A stretch of DNA of 64,000 bases from assembly GCF_036321535.1 (NCBI RefSeq), contig NC_087437.1, positions 68,140,001 to 68,204,000 on the forward strand. The letters are read 5' to 3'. Of the stretch, positions 12,846 through 26,750 are shown one piece after another. The position numbers were made by a program, and so were the translations under genes. Origin of the DNA: Camelus dromedarius. Lineage: Eukaryota. The notes under the pieces are model-generated. The model did not search any database and was not told the origin of the DNA. It saw only the letters and a program-made list of their open reading frames with translations. How positions within the stretch are numbered: position 1 is the first letter of the stretch; the number at the start of each line of letters is the position of its first letter.

Positions 12846-14084
12846 ACAGAGAAAAAAGGGTTTGGCTGTGACTTATCTTGGTTGAGTCATTTCAAGGGTC
12901 TATTTTGCCACTGGAAAAATAAGAACTATGGACAAGATATTCAAGCCACTGTCATGGCAGTACTCTGTGCTTCTCTGGAGTATGTGGGTGGTTCTAGGGC
13001 AGTGAAGAGATTCCACTGGGCTGTGGAATAGTTCTTTGAATCTGAATCTGAAGCTCTACTTCTAGAAAAAGTCTGGAATCTCAAAAGTCCTTTTATAAGA
13101 ACCTATGCCATAGATTCAATTCTATAAATGCCAAAAACATAGGCTTAAGTCCTTTCCGCTGACGGTGCTCTTGACCCCAACAGATAGCTTCCAAATGAAA
13201 ACCAGTTCAATTACGAATGAATTGGGAACTTCCTCTTTGTTGACGAGTAAGTTTGTGCATGCGTGCTTCTAGCACCCAGGAGTGCCAGAGAAAGATGACT
13301 CCGGGACATGACCCAGGCTCATCACTATAAGTCAGAAAAGCCTTTTTCAGTTCCTCCAGGGAAGCTCTAACAATGACCTCCAGAGAACTGATAGCAGTTA
13401 GAAAGCTCTAGACTTCCTGGGGTTTACGGAAAGTTTATGTAGCTGTGACTCAGGTGCTTTGGTTCCTGCATTTTCCCCTCTCTTTAGGAGAAAGAATATT
13501 TTTGTGGGCAGTTTGGGTTGGAAGGAGGAGTGATGGGAAGGGCTGGTTTGCTTGTAGTTTAAGTAACAGTTAAATTGAGGGGGGAAGGAGCAGAAGAGGA
13601 AGAAAGGCAGAGGAGAGATGCCAGAAAACTGGATGATTAAAGGTGGGTGGATGGACCCCCCAGGGTAGGACCTAACTTGAGAATCAGAAGGGTCAAGGAA
13701 AGGGGTTTCGAGGTCTCACAGCCTTGCCTATGTCTGAGTTCTCATGTTAGCATGGTCATGGAGTGCACTTTCCCACTTGCAGAGCAGAACTGTTGAGCTG
13801 AAATGAAACACTTGACTTCTTTTGTTTATTGCTGTTTTCTTCATTTGAAAGGCCTCTGGCTTAAGGATGGAATCACCATGATGAAACTTGGTTTGGTGTA
13901 AAAGCTGAGCCATATTTTTAAACTTAAAGGAGTACAGTAATACGTCAAACTTTGTTTATCTTCACATCAATTCAGTCATGAGGAGGAGGAGTGATGGTGA
14001 TGACATGTGGGGTGGGGATCAAGAGTTTAAAATAACACCTGTCTGGGGGACTCAGCTATGCCAGACCTTGTGCCAACAGTCCTG

Positions 14085-14215
14085 TGAGCTTTATAATATT
14101 CACTTCCATCTACAGATACATAAACTAAGGGTCAAGGAAGTGAAGCCAGTGGCCAGGGTCACACAGCACTAGTGTCTGGCTGGAAAGTGTCACAATCCAG
14201 GTCTCAAACCCCAGT
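14085..14215 (-). mobile_element. MIR SINE
   Basis: ACAGATACATAAACTAAGGGTCAAGGAAGTGAAG...CCAGGGTCACACAGC, an antisense MIR core. Confidence 0.7.
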
Positions 14216-15169
14216 GTGGCCCCGCAGCTAAAGATTTGGCTGGTGTAGCTTGCTGCCTCTGTTGAAGAAAAGGTGCTCTTGGATTAAAGGATAAAAAAGA
14301 TAAAAAGAGTTGATACTCACTCTTGTTTTGGTTACAATTGATCATGGGAATAAAAGGAGATAGAACAAGCACATGGTTTCCAGCTGAATGAATTGAACAG
14401 AAGTGCAGCAGTACCATAAAGTAACATTTTTAGAAACTTACTTCAATGAAAGAGCTCCTTAATTGAGGCAAATTCAAATCAGCATAGTCATTGTGATACA
14501 GTGGTTTGACTATATTAGTCTCTTACATGTAATTATTGTTTTTCGGGCCTTTGCCTATCTTTTTGCTAAACAGACATTATTCAAGGCATCTGATCCCACA
14601 CCAAGGATATTTATAGCTTTTACTGCCCTGACTTTTCCCCTGCAATTCATCCTACCAACCACGGGGCTAGAGTAATCACTCCTGAACATACAGTTTAACT
14701 AACTCAATTTTGCAACGCTGAACATTTCCTATGTGCAGGAGACTGGATCTACTTTTGTCACTCCTTAGTCTGCAGGTGTTCAGAGATGGCATGTAGTTCC
14801 TCCGGTATAAAAAGTAAACTCCTCTGCTTGGCTATCCAAGCTACCCCTCCCCCAACACACTTTCCATTTTCCGCAAGTCCTAGCTTGTCTCCCTCACTCT
14901 GGTCACACGGGTTTTTTTTCTCTGCTTATTTAAGATGACATGTGTCTATAGTTCTAACCTACCTTTGCCTAAAAATTGTCACCACACTGAGGTGGGGGCA
15001 CTCTCTTGTCCTCTAATTTGGGGTAGATTTTTAGACAGAATTCCTGTCCTACTTCCTCCCACTATTCATACCAACTACTATCCCTTGTTGTCACTTGATG
15101 ATTTTAGTATCAGTATTATTTGCAAACTGAGCTGTGAAGTCATTGGAAGAGAGTCTCTATGTCTTACAA

Positions 15170-15320
15170 CAGAGCTTCTCAAACTTTAACGTGTGTATGA
15201 AACACCTTAAAAGTGCAGATTCCCATTTAGTAGGTCTGGCTTGGAGCCTGAGATGATATTCTAAAGACCTCCCAGGTGATCCCAGGGCTGCCTGCCCACA
15301 AAACACGCTTTGAGTAGCAG
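15170..15320. mobile_element. MER5A/B-like DNA transposon
   Basis: CTTCTCAAACTTTAACGTGTGTATGAAACACCT...CTCCCAGGTGAT...CTTTGAGTAGCA. Confidence 0.75.
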
Positions 15321-16644
15321 GACACTGCTTGGTATCCTTGATAATAGCAAACACACACTGCTTTGAGAATAGTAGGTGCTCAATAAATGTTTATTGATTA
15401 AACCCAAGTGAGGGGTTTCATATTTAAAAAAATGTATTATCAGTAGATGAGAATTAGTATTTTGAGTTCCTATTAGTATAATTAATGATAAAGAGTTCCA
15501 GAAAGTTTGCATCTTAGAAGAAATTTGGTCCCATTTGTCAAAAAGTGGCAAAGTGACACTGATTTGAAACATAATAAATGGATGGATCTCTTGTTTCCTG
15601 TCCCCTCCTAAAGTTAGCAAGAAAACACTGAAAAGATTACCTTTGGGGAAAGCTTATGACAAACGCTGAGCAACTCACCACATCGAAATCAACCAAGTGA
15701 GAATGGATGCAGGATGTTGTATTTTCTTCCTTCTGATCCATAGCACATCCTCTGCTGTCATTGCTTTTCCGCTGGTCCTTTCCTGCCCCTCAGCTACCTG
15801 TGCTCCCTGGCACCATTTTCAGCCCTCAGTAGTCTTCTGTAAGAGAATTAGACATTCCCCCTCTCCTCTTCCCACTTGCAGTTTCCATGAAATATTGTTT
15901 CCAAACATCCTATCACCAGTACAGTCTTTGATGTAGAACTTGAACCCACTATACATAGGGGGCTAACAGCTAAGGAGCAACATGTCTTTTTTTCCTTCTC
16001 ACTCTCTCAAAGCAAAAAGAATGCTTCACATCAGTGCTACTCTTTCATGATTTCTGCTGTATTCACTTGCTTTATTATAAGGTTAAAATTTTCTTTAAAG
16101 ACTAGTGCTTAATGTGTTTTTAATAAACATTTTATTACCACCATGAGTAGAAAAAAAATATAATGTGCCATAAATAAAATGAAAATGCTAAATAATAAAT
16201 TCAATGAAAACAAATGTTACTGATTTTTACCTAGATATAACTCCCCTCAGAGGACTTGAATTGTAAGGGCTGATAAATTTGTGAAAATGGGAGACTGGCA
16301 AGTGGAAGTGGTGTTAAATACGTAAGGTACCAAAAGAGACCTCCTCCTTGATTTGATCAAGTAATTGAAAGAGAATATGGTCCTCATTATAAGATTCAGT
16401 GACAGGTAAGGCTGCAATATTGTATCATCAGTCATCTCTCTTACATGTATCATATGTTAGGAAATATACTTCTGAATCGCAGGGATTGATTAATCTGTGG
16501 GAAATGTTGACTTCACAAGAAAAGAAAGAAAAATGTTCTTGCTTAAGCTTGAAATTAACCATTTAAATCCAGAACATGCTGTAAATCTTTGTCTGTATCT
16601 TGCAGATAAGCACAGAAAATGGTCTGGATGTCTTTTCTTTCTTT

Positions 16645-16648
16645 CTAT

Positions 16649-16683
<35 letters not shown>

Positions 16684-16684
16684 T
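16645..16684. repeat. (TTTA)n tetranucleotide microsatellite
   Basis: About 10 tandem TATT units, seen directly. Confidence 0.95.
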
Positions 16685-17132
16685 TGGCCTCAGCATTACA
16701 AGTATCAGGATAAAAAACTTTAGTATAAAGTAGAATCAATAGTGAATATACTTATTCAGAATGATCTAGAAAAAAGCTTTTCTGGTCAACTCAGATTAAG
16801 CTAGTCTGATGGCCCAATGAAGCAGTAGGTTTTAATGACATTCTGTAATTTGATGCAAAGCATACATTAGAAGTAACACAGTATCGGTACAATTGTAACA
16901 TGGAAGGGTGACCCACCTCAGTTACTTGGGGGAATACATTTCAGTTAAAATGAATCAAGCAGAAATAATAGAAAACTGGTTCTATAACAAGTTTTGTTTT
17001 TAACTCAGAGTCATAAAGTTATGTTTTCCACAGGGAATGGCAATCGAAGGAAAGGGAATGAGGAAAGGGATTCCAGGATTCCTTTCCTTATCTTCCTGAG
17101 GAAGGTTTCTCTACTCCATCATTGCCCAGTGG

Positions 17133-17246
17133 AGATAGATGCTTTAGATGTAGATGTCGTTGTGGATGTATAGATTTAGACATACAGATGTATAGATGGA
17201 TATATGGATATTTATTTAGAGACATGTATCTATGGATATAGATATT
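17133..17246. repeat. Degenerate (TAGATA/TAGATG)n simple repeat
   Basis: Reiterated TAGATG/TAGATA/TGGATA units. Confidence 0.7.
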
Positions 17247-18019
17247 CAAGATCCCACTACTGCCTCTCTAGCTCCTCTCTGCGTCCATGCCTTGATGAAT
17301 GATTAAAACACTCAGGATTCTGTTTTCGTTTCAGTCTTGACCAGCTACTTATGGATGACTTATTTAATGAGTCAGGCTTGTTTCCTTTCCTTTTCTTCTC
17401 TTCCTTCTTTTTCCTCTTGTAGGCACAGGCAGACAGGTTTTGAAGTACTAATGATGATTAGTTCATTTAAGCCAGCACCGACCAACAGTGGGTTTGAAAT
17501 GTTAATCAGATGAAGGGCTTATTGCTAAACAGCCCACAGAATAGCAAATGAACTAGGAAAGGAAAGCAAGGAGAAAAAGAGGCTGAGTGGAGATTTGACA
17601 CAAGCATTTTCAGCTGCTGGGCCCCTTTGATGTGCGAGTGGGACAGATGTGCTGCTCTTCTGCGGAGAGAACCCTCTTTGTATACAATAGTGTGCTGATT
17701 AATATCACTTCACTCTTCCCTGGAGAGGAGCAAGGCTGGCTCTTTGTCATTCTCTCATTGGGCATCATTGGGCCCTGTCTCTTTCCTGCTGGTAGAGAAC
17801 TGTCATTCAGTCTCAACCCTCCTTTATCTAAAAGCTCAGCTTCACAGGAAACCCATCTCCTTGAGTCATCACAGCCCCAAGTGTGTATCTTATGGCCAAG
17901 TCATATACATCCTTATAAGTAAAGGTTACAGTAGAGTAAACCATTGATGCATGAGGATACTACTTTAGAGGCATTGGAGAAACTGGTTAGGTCAAGGCAA
18001 CTGGTGCTGTGCTGTAGAG

Positions 18020-18228
18020 GAGAGCTGTCCAGTAGAACTTTCTGCAATGATAGAAATGTCCTGTGTGCCTGTGTTGTCCACTGTGGTAGCCACTAGCCAC
18101 ACGTGCTAGTGAATACATGAAATGTGGCTTGTGCTACAGAAGAAATTACTTTTAATATACTTTAATTATAATTAATTTAAATGTAAATTGCTACATGTGA
18201 CTGTTGACTGCTGTGTTGGACAATGTAC
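18020..18228. mobile_element. MER3-like hAT-Charlie element
   Basis: GCTGTCCAGTAGAACTTTCTGCAATGATAGAAATGT...GGTAGCCACTAGCCACACGTG...TTGGACA. Confidence 0.85.
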
Positions 18229-18244
18229 TTCTAAGAGGGTTTAG

Positions 18245-18412
18245 AGCCTGGCCATTGAGGTGTGGCCTGAAGACCAACAGCATTAATGTCCCCTGGGAAC
18301 TTGTCAATGCAGAATCTCATTGGCTCACAAACTGTCTGTATCAAATCCTGTATTTAAGGATAGTCCTCTCGGTAACTTGTGAGCATATTAAATTTTGAGA
18401 AGACCTATTCTG
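18245..18412. mobile_element. MER5A-like element
   Basis: GTGTGGCC...CAGCATTAATGTCCCCTGGGAACTTGTCAATGCAGAATCTCA...AAATTTTGAGAAG. Confidence 0.7.
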
Positions 18413-20564
18413 GAACAGGTGTTGAACCCCGGATATACTAAATCTGACAGTTTTCATAAAGTGATGCAGTTATGATTCTTAACTGTCTGGTTATTTGCCT
18501 CCTTAAAAAATACTTTCCCTAAAATATAATGGAATCATTTTTTTTGTTTCTGGGAAATCCTTAGGTGGTACTTGGGATCTGATGTCTGAGGAAGCAACAG
18601 TGTTGGCTTTTCAAAGAAAACGGAAATCTGTTGGGGAAATATTAGGGATTTTTTTGGTTCCCCAAACCGCAACATCAGTATTTCTATGGTCCTTTACCAT
18701 TTAGAAAGCACTTTCATATATGTTACATTAGATAGGAACTTTATTCCCATTTGAAGTGTGAATAAATGGTCTTGAAGGGTTGATCCCTTGAGCATAGTTA
18801 CTGAGCATAGTTAGACAGCCAGTGAGTGACATATTTATGGTCCAATTCCAGACTTTCTGCTTCTTGGGTCTTTCTACTCTATAGCATATTGAGAGAAGAC
18901 CACATCTCTTTGAAAATCTTACGGTGATAGAATTTGGGAACTAGTTAGATGAGACAGTTTTAAGCTTGTGTCTAAGCCATAAAAGGAAAACCAGACAATA
19001 GGCCCTTTTTCTTCCTTCTCTCAAGATAAAAGGTCTTCTGTGCTATAGCTGTTATAGACATTTGGGTTTTATACCTCATTTACATATAATCAGTTACATG
19101 TCACTTTTCTTCCTCTTATGAAGACAAGAATGATATATTGTGACTTTAAAAAAAAAACAATATCAAAAGTTATTTCAAAAAGTCAATTGCATTTTATTCA
19201 ACAGGTATTTCAAATAGTTTCCAAATGAGAAAAAACTCAGAAGGCTGTAACTCTAGTTTACCAAGTTATTAAAGGTCATTGCTGGTACATTAAATTTCAG
19301 GAAAATGAGAGCCGGGCAAGTTTCTTAAGTCTGAAAGAGGAAATTTATGGGTCTAATAAATAAAAGAAGTACTATGCCAAAATTAATAAACTTACAGAAG
19401 TTGTTTCTTTGAGTCTGTATAGGCTGGTGTGACAGTAACAATTAAACATATTTCTATAAATTTGTTACTGACAAGTCAGGATTGGACTATTATGTAAGTT
19501 TAGCAATATTTGGATACATGCCTCACATTTGAATGCCAATGTGATAGGGCAAGAATTTTTTTTTCTATAAATCATCCTGAATTACCTCTGTCAAATTTAA
19601 TTTCTTGGCTAAATATACCATGCATCTGACTTTGTAGTAGTTCTTATGATCCCAGTAAAGATTCTAATACAAATTAGATATTTTATTATTTTACTATATG
19701 CCAGAGAGTTATATTTATTAAGCTTGCAGAACAATCTCTGGTTTTGATTCCTACCAAAGAAACTTATATTGGCAAACACAGAGTCCTCAATATTTCTTAC
19801 ACCCTTCAAGTCCCACATCAGGTTGACATAGGCATGTGGAAATTGATCAAAATTAATTATTACTTGTGGTTCTTCCTAAACCTCTTACCTTGCTTTACTT
19901 CCATACAACCCTTTGATTAACTTATCATCCTGACATCTTGTAGGGGTTCCCTCACTCCAGTACAGAGAGGGTATCACCCACCAACACAGCAGGACTTCAG
20001 CAAAACAGAATGAGACCTTAATGACAGATTTAATGAGGAGAAAGCCCAATCTTCATTTCTTGCTGATTTCCCAGCTGTAGGATGATGTCTGATTACTTCC
20101 AATACACCGATGCTTTACTTTCCATCTGCTGCTGTCACCACCACTTTTGTTGGGCAGCTCTCTCCTGGTTGCCCTGTTCCTCTGTGACATACTGGCTCTG
20201 AGAAAATGAAAATGTCAAACTCAGGTATCCTCTCTACTTCTGCTACAGAGAAATATCTTAAGAGAGATATGGCATTAGCTTTGCTGAATAATTGGGGTTA
20301 AGAAGAAAATCTATTTCTGATTTTCTAAAATAACGTGCTGTATATATTATTCATTTAGAGTGTCGACTAGAATTACATTCTGCTTTTCATTATATTTCTC
20401 TGCTTTTTCTTGTACCTCTCTGTTTATTGTATCCAATTGTAAGTTTTAGAAGGGTGTCCAGGGGCTGAAAATTAACAGTAACTCTTTCTTTGCTTAGAAA
20501 ATAAAATATTCAGTGAAGCACTTTTTAAGGTTTGAAATTGGATACAAAGTACCAGTATAGTTGT

Positions 20565-20740
20565 ACAGTCTGGTCATTTACTTAACCTCTTGGTGCCTCA
20601 GTTTCTTCATCTGCAAAATGGAGACAGCAGTATTTACCTCATCACACTGTGGGCAGAAATAAATAAGATCAATACATGGAAAATGCTTAAGGCACAGTGT
20701 GTATCATATAGTAAGTTGGTAATAAATTTCATTTATCATT
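20565..20740 (+). mobile_element. MIR SINE
   Basis: TTACTTAACCTCTTGGTGCCTCAGTTTCTTCATCTGCAAAATGGAGA...CATATAGTAAG...AATAAAT. Confidence 0.85.
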
Positions 20741-22179
20741 TTTAAGAGTATTTGCAAGTATTTTCTAATGATTGAGTGTTTATTCAATTTTAGATAACAT
20801 GAATTTTAGGCTAAGTTTTCTTTGGCCATATTTTGTTAAAGAAAATAATCCCTAAGTGACTAGAAAGAAAGTTACAACTCAGCACATTCAGTTGTTACCT
20901 TATAAGACCTTGAAACCCTTAGGAAAACCACTTCTCACCAAGAAACTGGTTAAAGAGCAGAAGCAGGAGCTGCTATTTCAGACTATACATGGGAAATACA
21001 TCGACCTTCAAGCCAACAAATGACATTTTTCTGAGACAGTTATTTTATACTAGGTATGTTGTATTAGTAAATAGCCAAATAGATTAAAGTGAAATAAAAT
21101 CTAATATTGATTAGGGTTACCATTTTAAGACATAAAAATCTTAAATGGATGTTTTAGAAAGCCAATATATTCTATTGTTCTTTGGCTTAATAGGGTGTTA
21201 AATATTGAATTGCCATGACATGTTTTATATTTAATATACTAGGTTTTCAAATGCTATATATCTGAACTATATTATTCTTGATATTCTAAATACTTGAGGT
21301 CTGAGACTGAAGTTGTTTTTATCTTTGTTGCCAAGCTTCATCAAACACACAGAGATACACTCAGACACACACACACACAATATATCTCTGCATATTACGC
21401 ATATTAAATGCTGAATATTTATCGAATGTAAGAATGATCTTTTGCATTTATGAATTGTGTATTACTTAATCACCCTCTTCCCTTCCTTATCCTTGTTCAT
21501 TCAGTAAACATTTATTCAGCACCTACCATATGTGATGCAGAAGGTTAAGTCTTTTTTTCTTGTTCTTTTTTTTTCTTCTTAATGAAATATTACTAGAATA
21601 GATCATACTTCCACATCTGCCTTCATCTTGACCCTTTCTGAATCTGCTACTACCCAGTCTGCTACAATTTCTACCTCTCTGCCTTCACCTCCACTGTCTA
21701 GCCGTGTAGCTCATAGTGCTGGTAGGAATGAAATCTACCTGCTTTTTTGACTTTTAATATCCTCTCCTCCTCACTCCCAGCATGTCTCCTGTTTCCTGCT
21801 GACCAGGAGTTCTAGAATCAGCTCCCATTGTCTTCCTCTGTTAGGGTCACATATCCAGAGAGGCCTTTCCTGGGTGAACAATGTACCCTCCTGAGGGCCC
21901 AGGTACTCTCTATTTCTGCTTTTTTCACAGAACCTAATATGTTGTAGGCACCCAACTATTATTAACAGCAATGATAACAAAACTGCCAAAGTAAGCAAAA
22001 ATCCATCTCTTCACTCTGGGTAGTTCATCCTTTGCACTTTATTTGATCAAATAATCTTACTAGTCGGCTTCACTGTATTTTCAAAGACATTTTCTATTTG
22101 GCTTTTGGTTCTCAAGTGCTATGTAGTATTGTTTGGATTTCCAAAGCTGACAAAAAAGTACAAGTAGAACCAGTTGTCA

Positions 22180-22330
22180 TTTAATAAAATATTTAAGTAT
22201 TTATAAATATTAAATAAATTAATGTTTATTAATATTAAATAAAATCTTTAATGAAAATTAAATATTTCATAAAATATTTAAAAATATAGAAATACAAGAA
22301 ATGTTATTCTTAATACATATAACATATTTT
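22180..22330. repeat. Very AT-rich low-complexity tract
   Basis: Almost exclusively A/T over about 150 nt. Confidence 0.8.
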
Positions 22331-25300
22331 TAATCATTGGGTTTTTTATGAACTAGTTATTTGTAGAAAAGTACATTATTTCATTTAATCCTAATAACAA
22401 CTCCATGCACTGGATATAATTAATCCTATTAATGAGCAAACCAGAGTTCCTGGAAGGGAATCAATGAACAGCTGGCATCTTAACCAAAATCTCTTGGCTT
22501 CAAAGCTTACCCCAGTGGTTCTCAAAGTTTGGTCTCTGAGTCTCCCAAAATATTTAAAAATATTCTAACTCTCAAACCCTACCCTCAGGAGATTCTTATT
22601 CAATAAACCTAGAGTACAGTCTCGGGATTCTACTGTGCGAAATTCAACTCTCCCTTTTAGATTGTGAGTTTAAAGTTAAAAACAAAAAATTCCACTGTGA
22701 AACAATTTGAGAATGTTTAGCCCCTCACCTGAGGAGTCCTATGACATATTAGGTTAAATATTAACTCCAAAAATATCATGCTATTGGAGGAGAATGTCTT
22801 ATTAATACTTTCCCGGACTAACAGAATCATTTTGCATGCAGCTGGCTTAGCTCTGGCCGGATTTAAAAGAGCATCGTAAAAATATATGCCTATTGTCTCT
22901 ACTGACTTATTTTAATACGCACCAATAATGAAGGGCATAGAATAACCCAATAATATAATATGATAATGTCATCTGTGGAATTGGGTAAGTCAAAAGTAGC
23001 TGATAAAATATTAGGGTTATTGCATAAGAGAAAAAGAGAGCTGAAAGAACATGGGAGGTTGTAAAACCACACCAGAAGAGGTATTATTCCCTTAGAGAAA
23101 GGACAAAGAAAGTAATTACATGGGTGGTCAATGATGAATGAATGGGCCCGAGGACAAGAAAGACAAAAAACATGCGCTGTGAATCTGTGCCTCCTAGCAC
23201 ATATTAAAGGCTGAATAATTGGAAGTTGAATTAATAAATGAATGAATGAATCATGACACATTTTAAAATGAAAAGAAATAAAAGAAAATGAAAGAAGGCA
23301 GAAACATTGGGAAAGTAAAAGGACAAGAAGTCGGATTCATGGAGAGAGCGAAGAGAATTGGTGATCATGGAAAAAGGGAATAACCCTGAGTGGACAGAAA
23401 GATGGAAGCAGAAGAAACGTCCTCGCAGGAATGCTTTCCTTGGGGTTCACCATGGACAGGAGGCCTTTCTGTTCTACAGCAGTTCTTTATAACGGTGTTT
23501 CGCTTTTGAAAATCTAGTTAAGCTAATGAAGCCCTTAATTAGGGCTTTTATTACCCTTTAATTCTTTGCTTAAAGGAAAATGATTACAAAGCTCATCTTT
23601 ATGATTTAGGAAACTAACCTTTCATTTTTGAAGTGTTTCTTTCCTTCCCTCTTCACAGATATTAAAAGAAGAGAAACAAAACCCACAGGAGGATGCAAAA
23701 CTGTTCAATAGTGATAAACAGAGGCAGTGAACCTGTGTATTAGAATTGCCATGAACTGCAGAGAAGTCTCCTGTTTTGAACATGACCTCTTCTATGGTTC
23801 TTAATTGAATAAGGACCTATAAGGGCTCTGTATAAAGTTCTATTAAAATTATCTCTTTAAGCCTAGATTCTTTTGCATGCATTCTTAAACTTTTAATTAC
23901 AGTGATGTCCATGGACCCTCCCTCTCATTCTAGTGAGAAGCACTCATGTTCTTCTGTACCCCCACTAGAGCATCTGCTGGCATGCAGTGGAGGACTAATC
24001 CTTACCCATCCTTTGGGGCCATATGTCAGAACATAAAACCCTTACCGCTTCCCTGTCACCTGGCAGTATTTTCCAGATAAAATCAAATTGAAATAAAGAT
24101 CAAAGTGTTCCCTATCAGGAGAGAATAATCCCAAAGCACAATGTTTATTTAATTGGTCTTAAAAAAAAAAAAAAGCAGTACTTTGAGTATTGCCTATTTA
24201 AAGGCAGACAGCCAGTTATAATCCTTTGCCTTTGGTTTAATAGACACACAAGGACCATCTGCTAGATGTCTGCTATTCTTCTAAACTTTGTGGGTACAAC
24301 TATAAGTCAAATTTATTTGAGGAAGCAGACATATAAGCAAAAAATTTTTCCAAACAACGTACAAACTGAGCAATGGGGGTATGATAGTTTGAGGACAGTG
24401 GGGTTCAACCTGAGGGTTCAAAGAAGGCTTCTTGATGAAATAGGAGTAAGCAATAGTGCATGTGATGGATTGGAGAGGAGCAAGGCTGGAGAACAGCTAG
24501 GTCAGGTAAGAGCCCTTTACAATATCATTTGGAAGAAGAGAGCTGTTTCCTAGTTCGTTTATGAACAAAGAATTAATTGAAATTTGTCAGGGAGGTGCCA
24601 GAGACCAGAATGTCCACTTTAATTTTCTCCATCAGATTTCTGATGGTGCCGTCTAGGGTAAGCAATGACTGAGACCATGGGATTAATAACAGTGATGCTC
24701 GTGGTCCACCCACTTATGATACTTTATAAAAGAAAGATCAGTTTTACCTTAAGGTAATAGACATTTGATTTAATGTTAAAATGAGATGAATTAACAAGTC
24801 AAAATGTGCCTGTCCCTTTCAGTGCATGAGGAGCTGTCAGTACACAATATTAGTTTTAAGTTACACTTAGACAATTTTGATTTGTCCTTAACAATTATCA
24901 ATTTGCTCTTCACTTAATCAAACCCTTGATTTCCTTCCCAGGCCTAAATTACAATTTACTCTTATCTTTTTATAAAAGCTAGGCCCTCCTGGACTATGCC
25001 ATGGACAGTGGGACATCTAAGTTAGTTCAGGTTTTGCTTGGAAAATCTCCACCAGCTGCTCTGCCTGATGCTGGGTTAATTGCCTTAATTAGCTTTCTTA
25101 CAAAAGCCTTCTTAATCAGTCCTTGTGAGGAGATCTGAAACTCACATTGTGGTTCCTTTCTCACTGTATACTGACCTTAAAAAAAATCTATTATGTCCTT
25201 TGCACAGTGGCTTTTGAAGTCTAAAATGAAAGATATAAAAAGCAAGGGAAGAAAATCTCACTAGTTTTTTTCTGTTCTCCTCCCCAAACTGTGACCCTTA

Positions 25301-26629
25301 ACTTCTAATCAAGACAGGCTATTCTGACTTCCTAAATTACTAACAGCTAGAGCTTACTTTCTCTTTCTTCTCCCATGGCTCCCTTAGCCTTCTTTTCTAA
25401 TGAATGCTTAATTAACATCGATACACATTCTTTCTGATGAAGTTTGCAATCTTTTACTATTTGCAGTCTGCTGCAGTCTTCCTCAAAAAGAGGCTCAACT
25501 TTTAGTTTTAAAACTTTGAAACTTGTAGACTTTGTTGAAAGCATAAAGACACTTAAATTTTAATTCCTTTTGTAGAATTCCATGCAGACCAAGATCATCT
25601 CTCTCCTTCCCCTATAATCTGTGACATTAACTTATCATTCATAGAAAGTGATTAAATTGATTCAAAAGACTTGATTTTCATAAACCTGGCATCCTTGCTA
25701 TTGACCAGTAATGCTTCTTGTTCTATGAGATGTGGGTTAACTGATATTTTCAAAATTTATTTTAAATTTTCTTTACACTGCTTCAACAATATTTATGTAA
25801 CTGAATATAAGTAACATTGATGTGTGTGTTTTGAGTATATGTGTAGGTGCATGAGATTCTGAATTTATTTTAGGTTGTACTGAAGTTCTCAATTTCTGTC
25901 AGCACCAAATGAGTATAAAGGGAAAAAAAACAGCTATATGAGGCTGTTGCCAACTAACAGAGGGAGAATGAAAGAAAGGGAATGTGAAAGACAGGGAGAG
26001 AGAAATTAGGGAGAGATACCAGGAAGTATGCACTAATATTTTATGGGCAAATTATTGTATTTGTGTTAATTTCATGTGACGCTTTGATTTTATTGAAATG
26101 TATCACCTTTCTTTTGCTCATTTTGTCAGTTTCTGAATATCATGGAACTATTCACCAATAACTTCTCAGAATCAGGTCTTCCTCCGACCACCCCCAAACC
26201 CTGCCCCAGTGATCTTTAAAGAAAAAGTCTAATTTGATATAGAGTGTGTTAACATTGAATGTTTCCTAGAGCAGAGGTATAGGAAAGATAAGGTGGGGGC
26301 TATCTCTTGTGGATAAAATGGTGAGGAGTAAGTGTACTGTGCTATGGGAAATAAAGATACAAACTGCTATAAACATACAATGAAAGATAATGAAGAGAGC
26401 AACACTTTGAATTTTACAGCTCTGATGTTTCAATATATACTGAGCCTCCAACAAGTGGTAAATTCTTTGTACTATTGAAAGTCACAATCTTTAATCAAAT
26501 AGCTGTTAAAATTATTTAAATAAAAAGTGATTATTTAAGCTTTCAAAATTAAATCAATATGCACCATTCACATATTTCCTCCTAAACTTGCTTGGCATTC
26601 TAAAGTACAGGTCAGCTTATCATGAATAC

Positions 26630-26750
26630 ATGCAAATAAAGGAAGGAACAAAGGAATCAAAGTCATTGAGGAAACAGCAACATCAATACTCCGCATCATT
26701 GTTATTATGGCGGAGTTATGATGTTGTGTTATTCATTGTTTATTGTGCAT
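26630..26750. other. Imperfect inverted repeat / long hairpin of unknown nature
   Basis: ACTCCGC (26688-94) pairs with GCGGAGT (26710-16); CAACATCA (26678-85) with TGATGTTG (26719-26); ATGCAAATAAA (26630-40) with TTTATT-G-TGCAT (26739-50). Confidence 0.6.
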
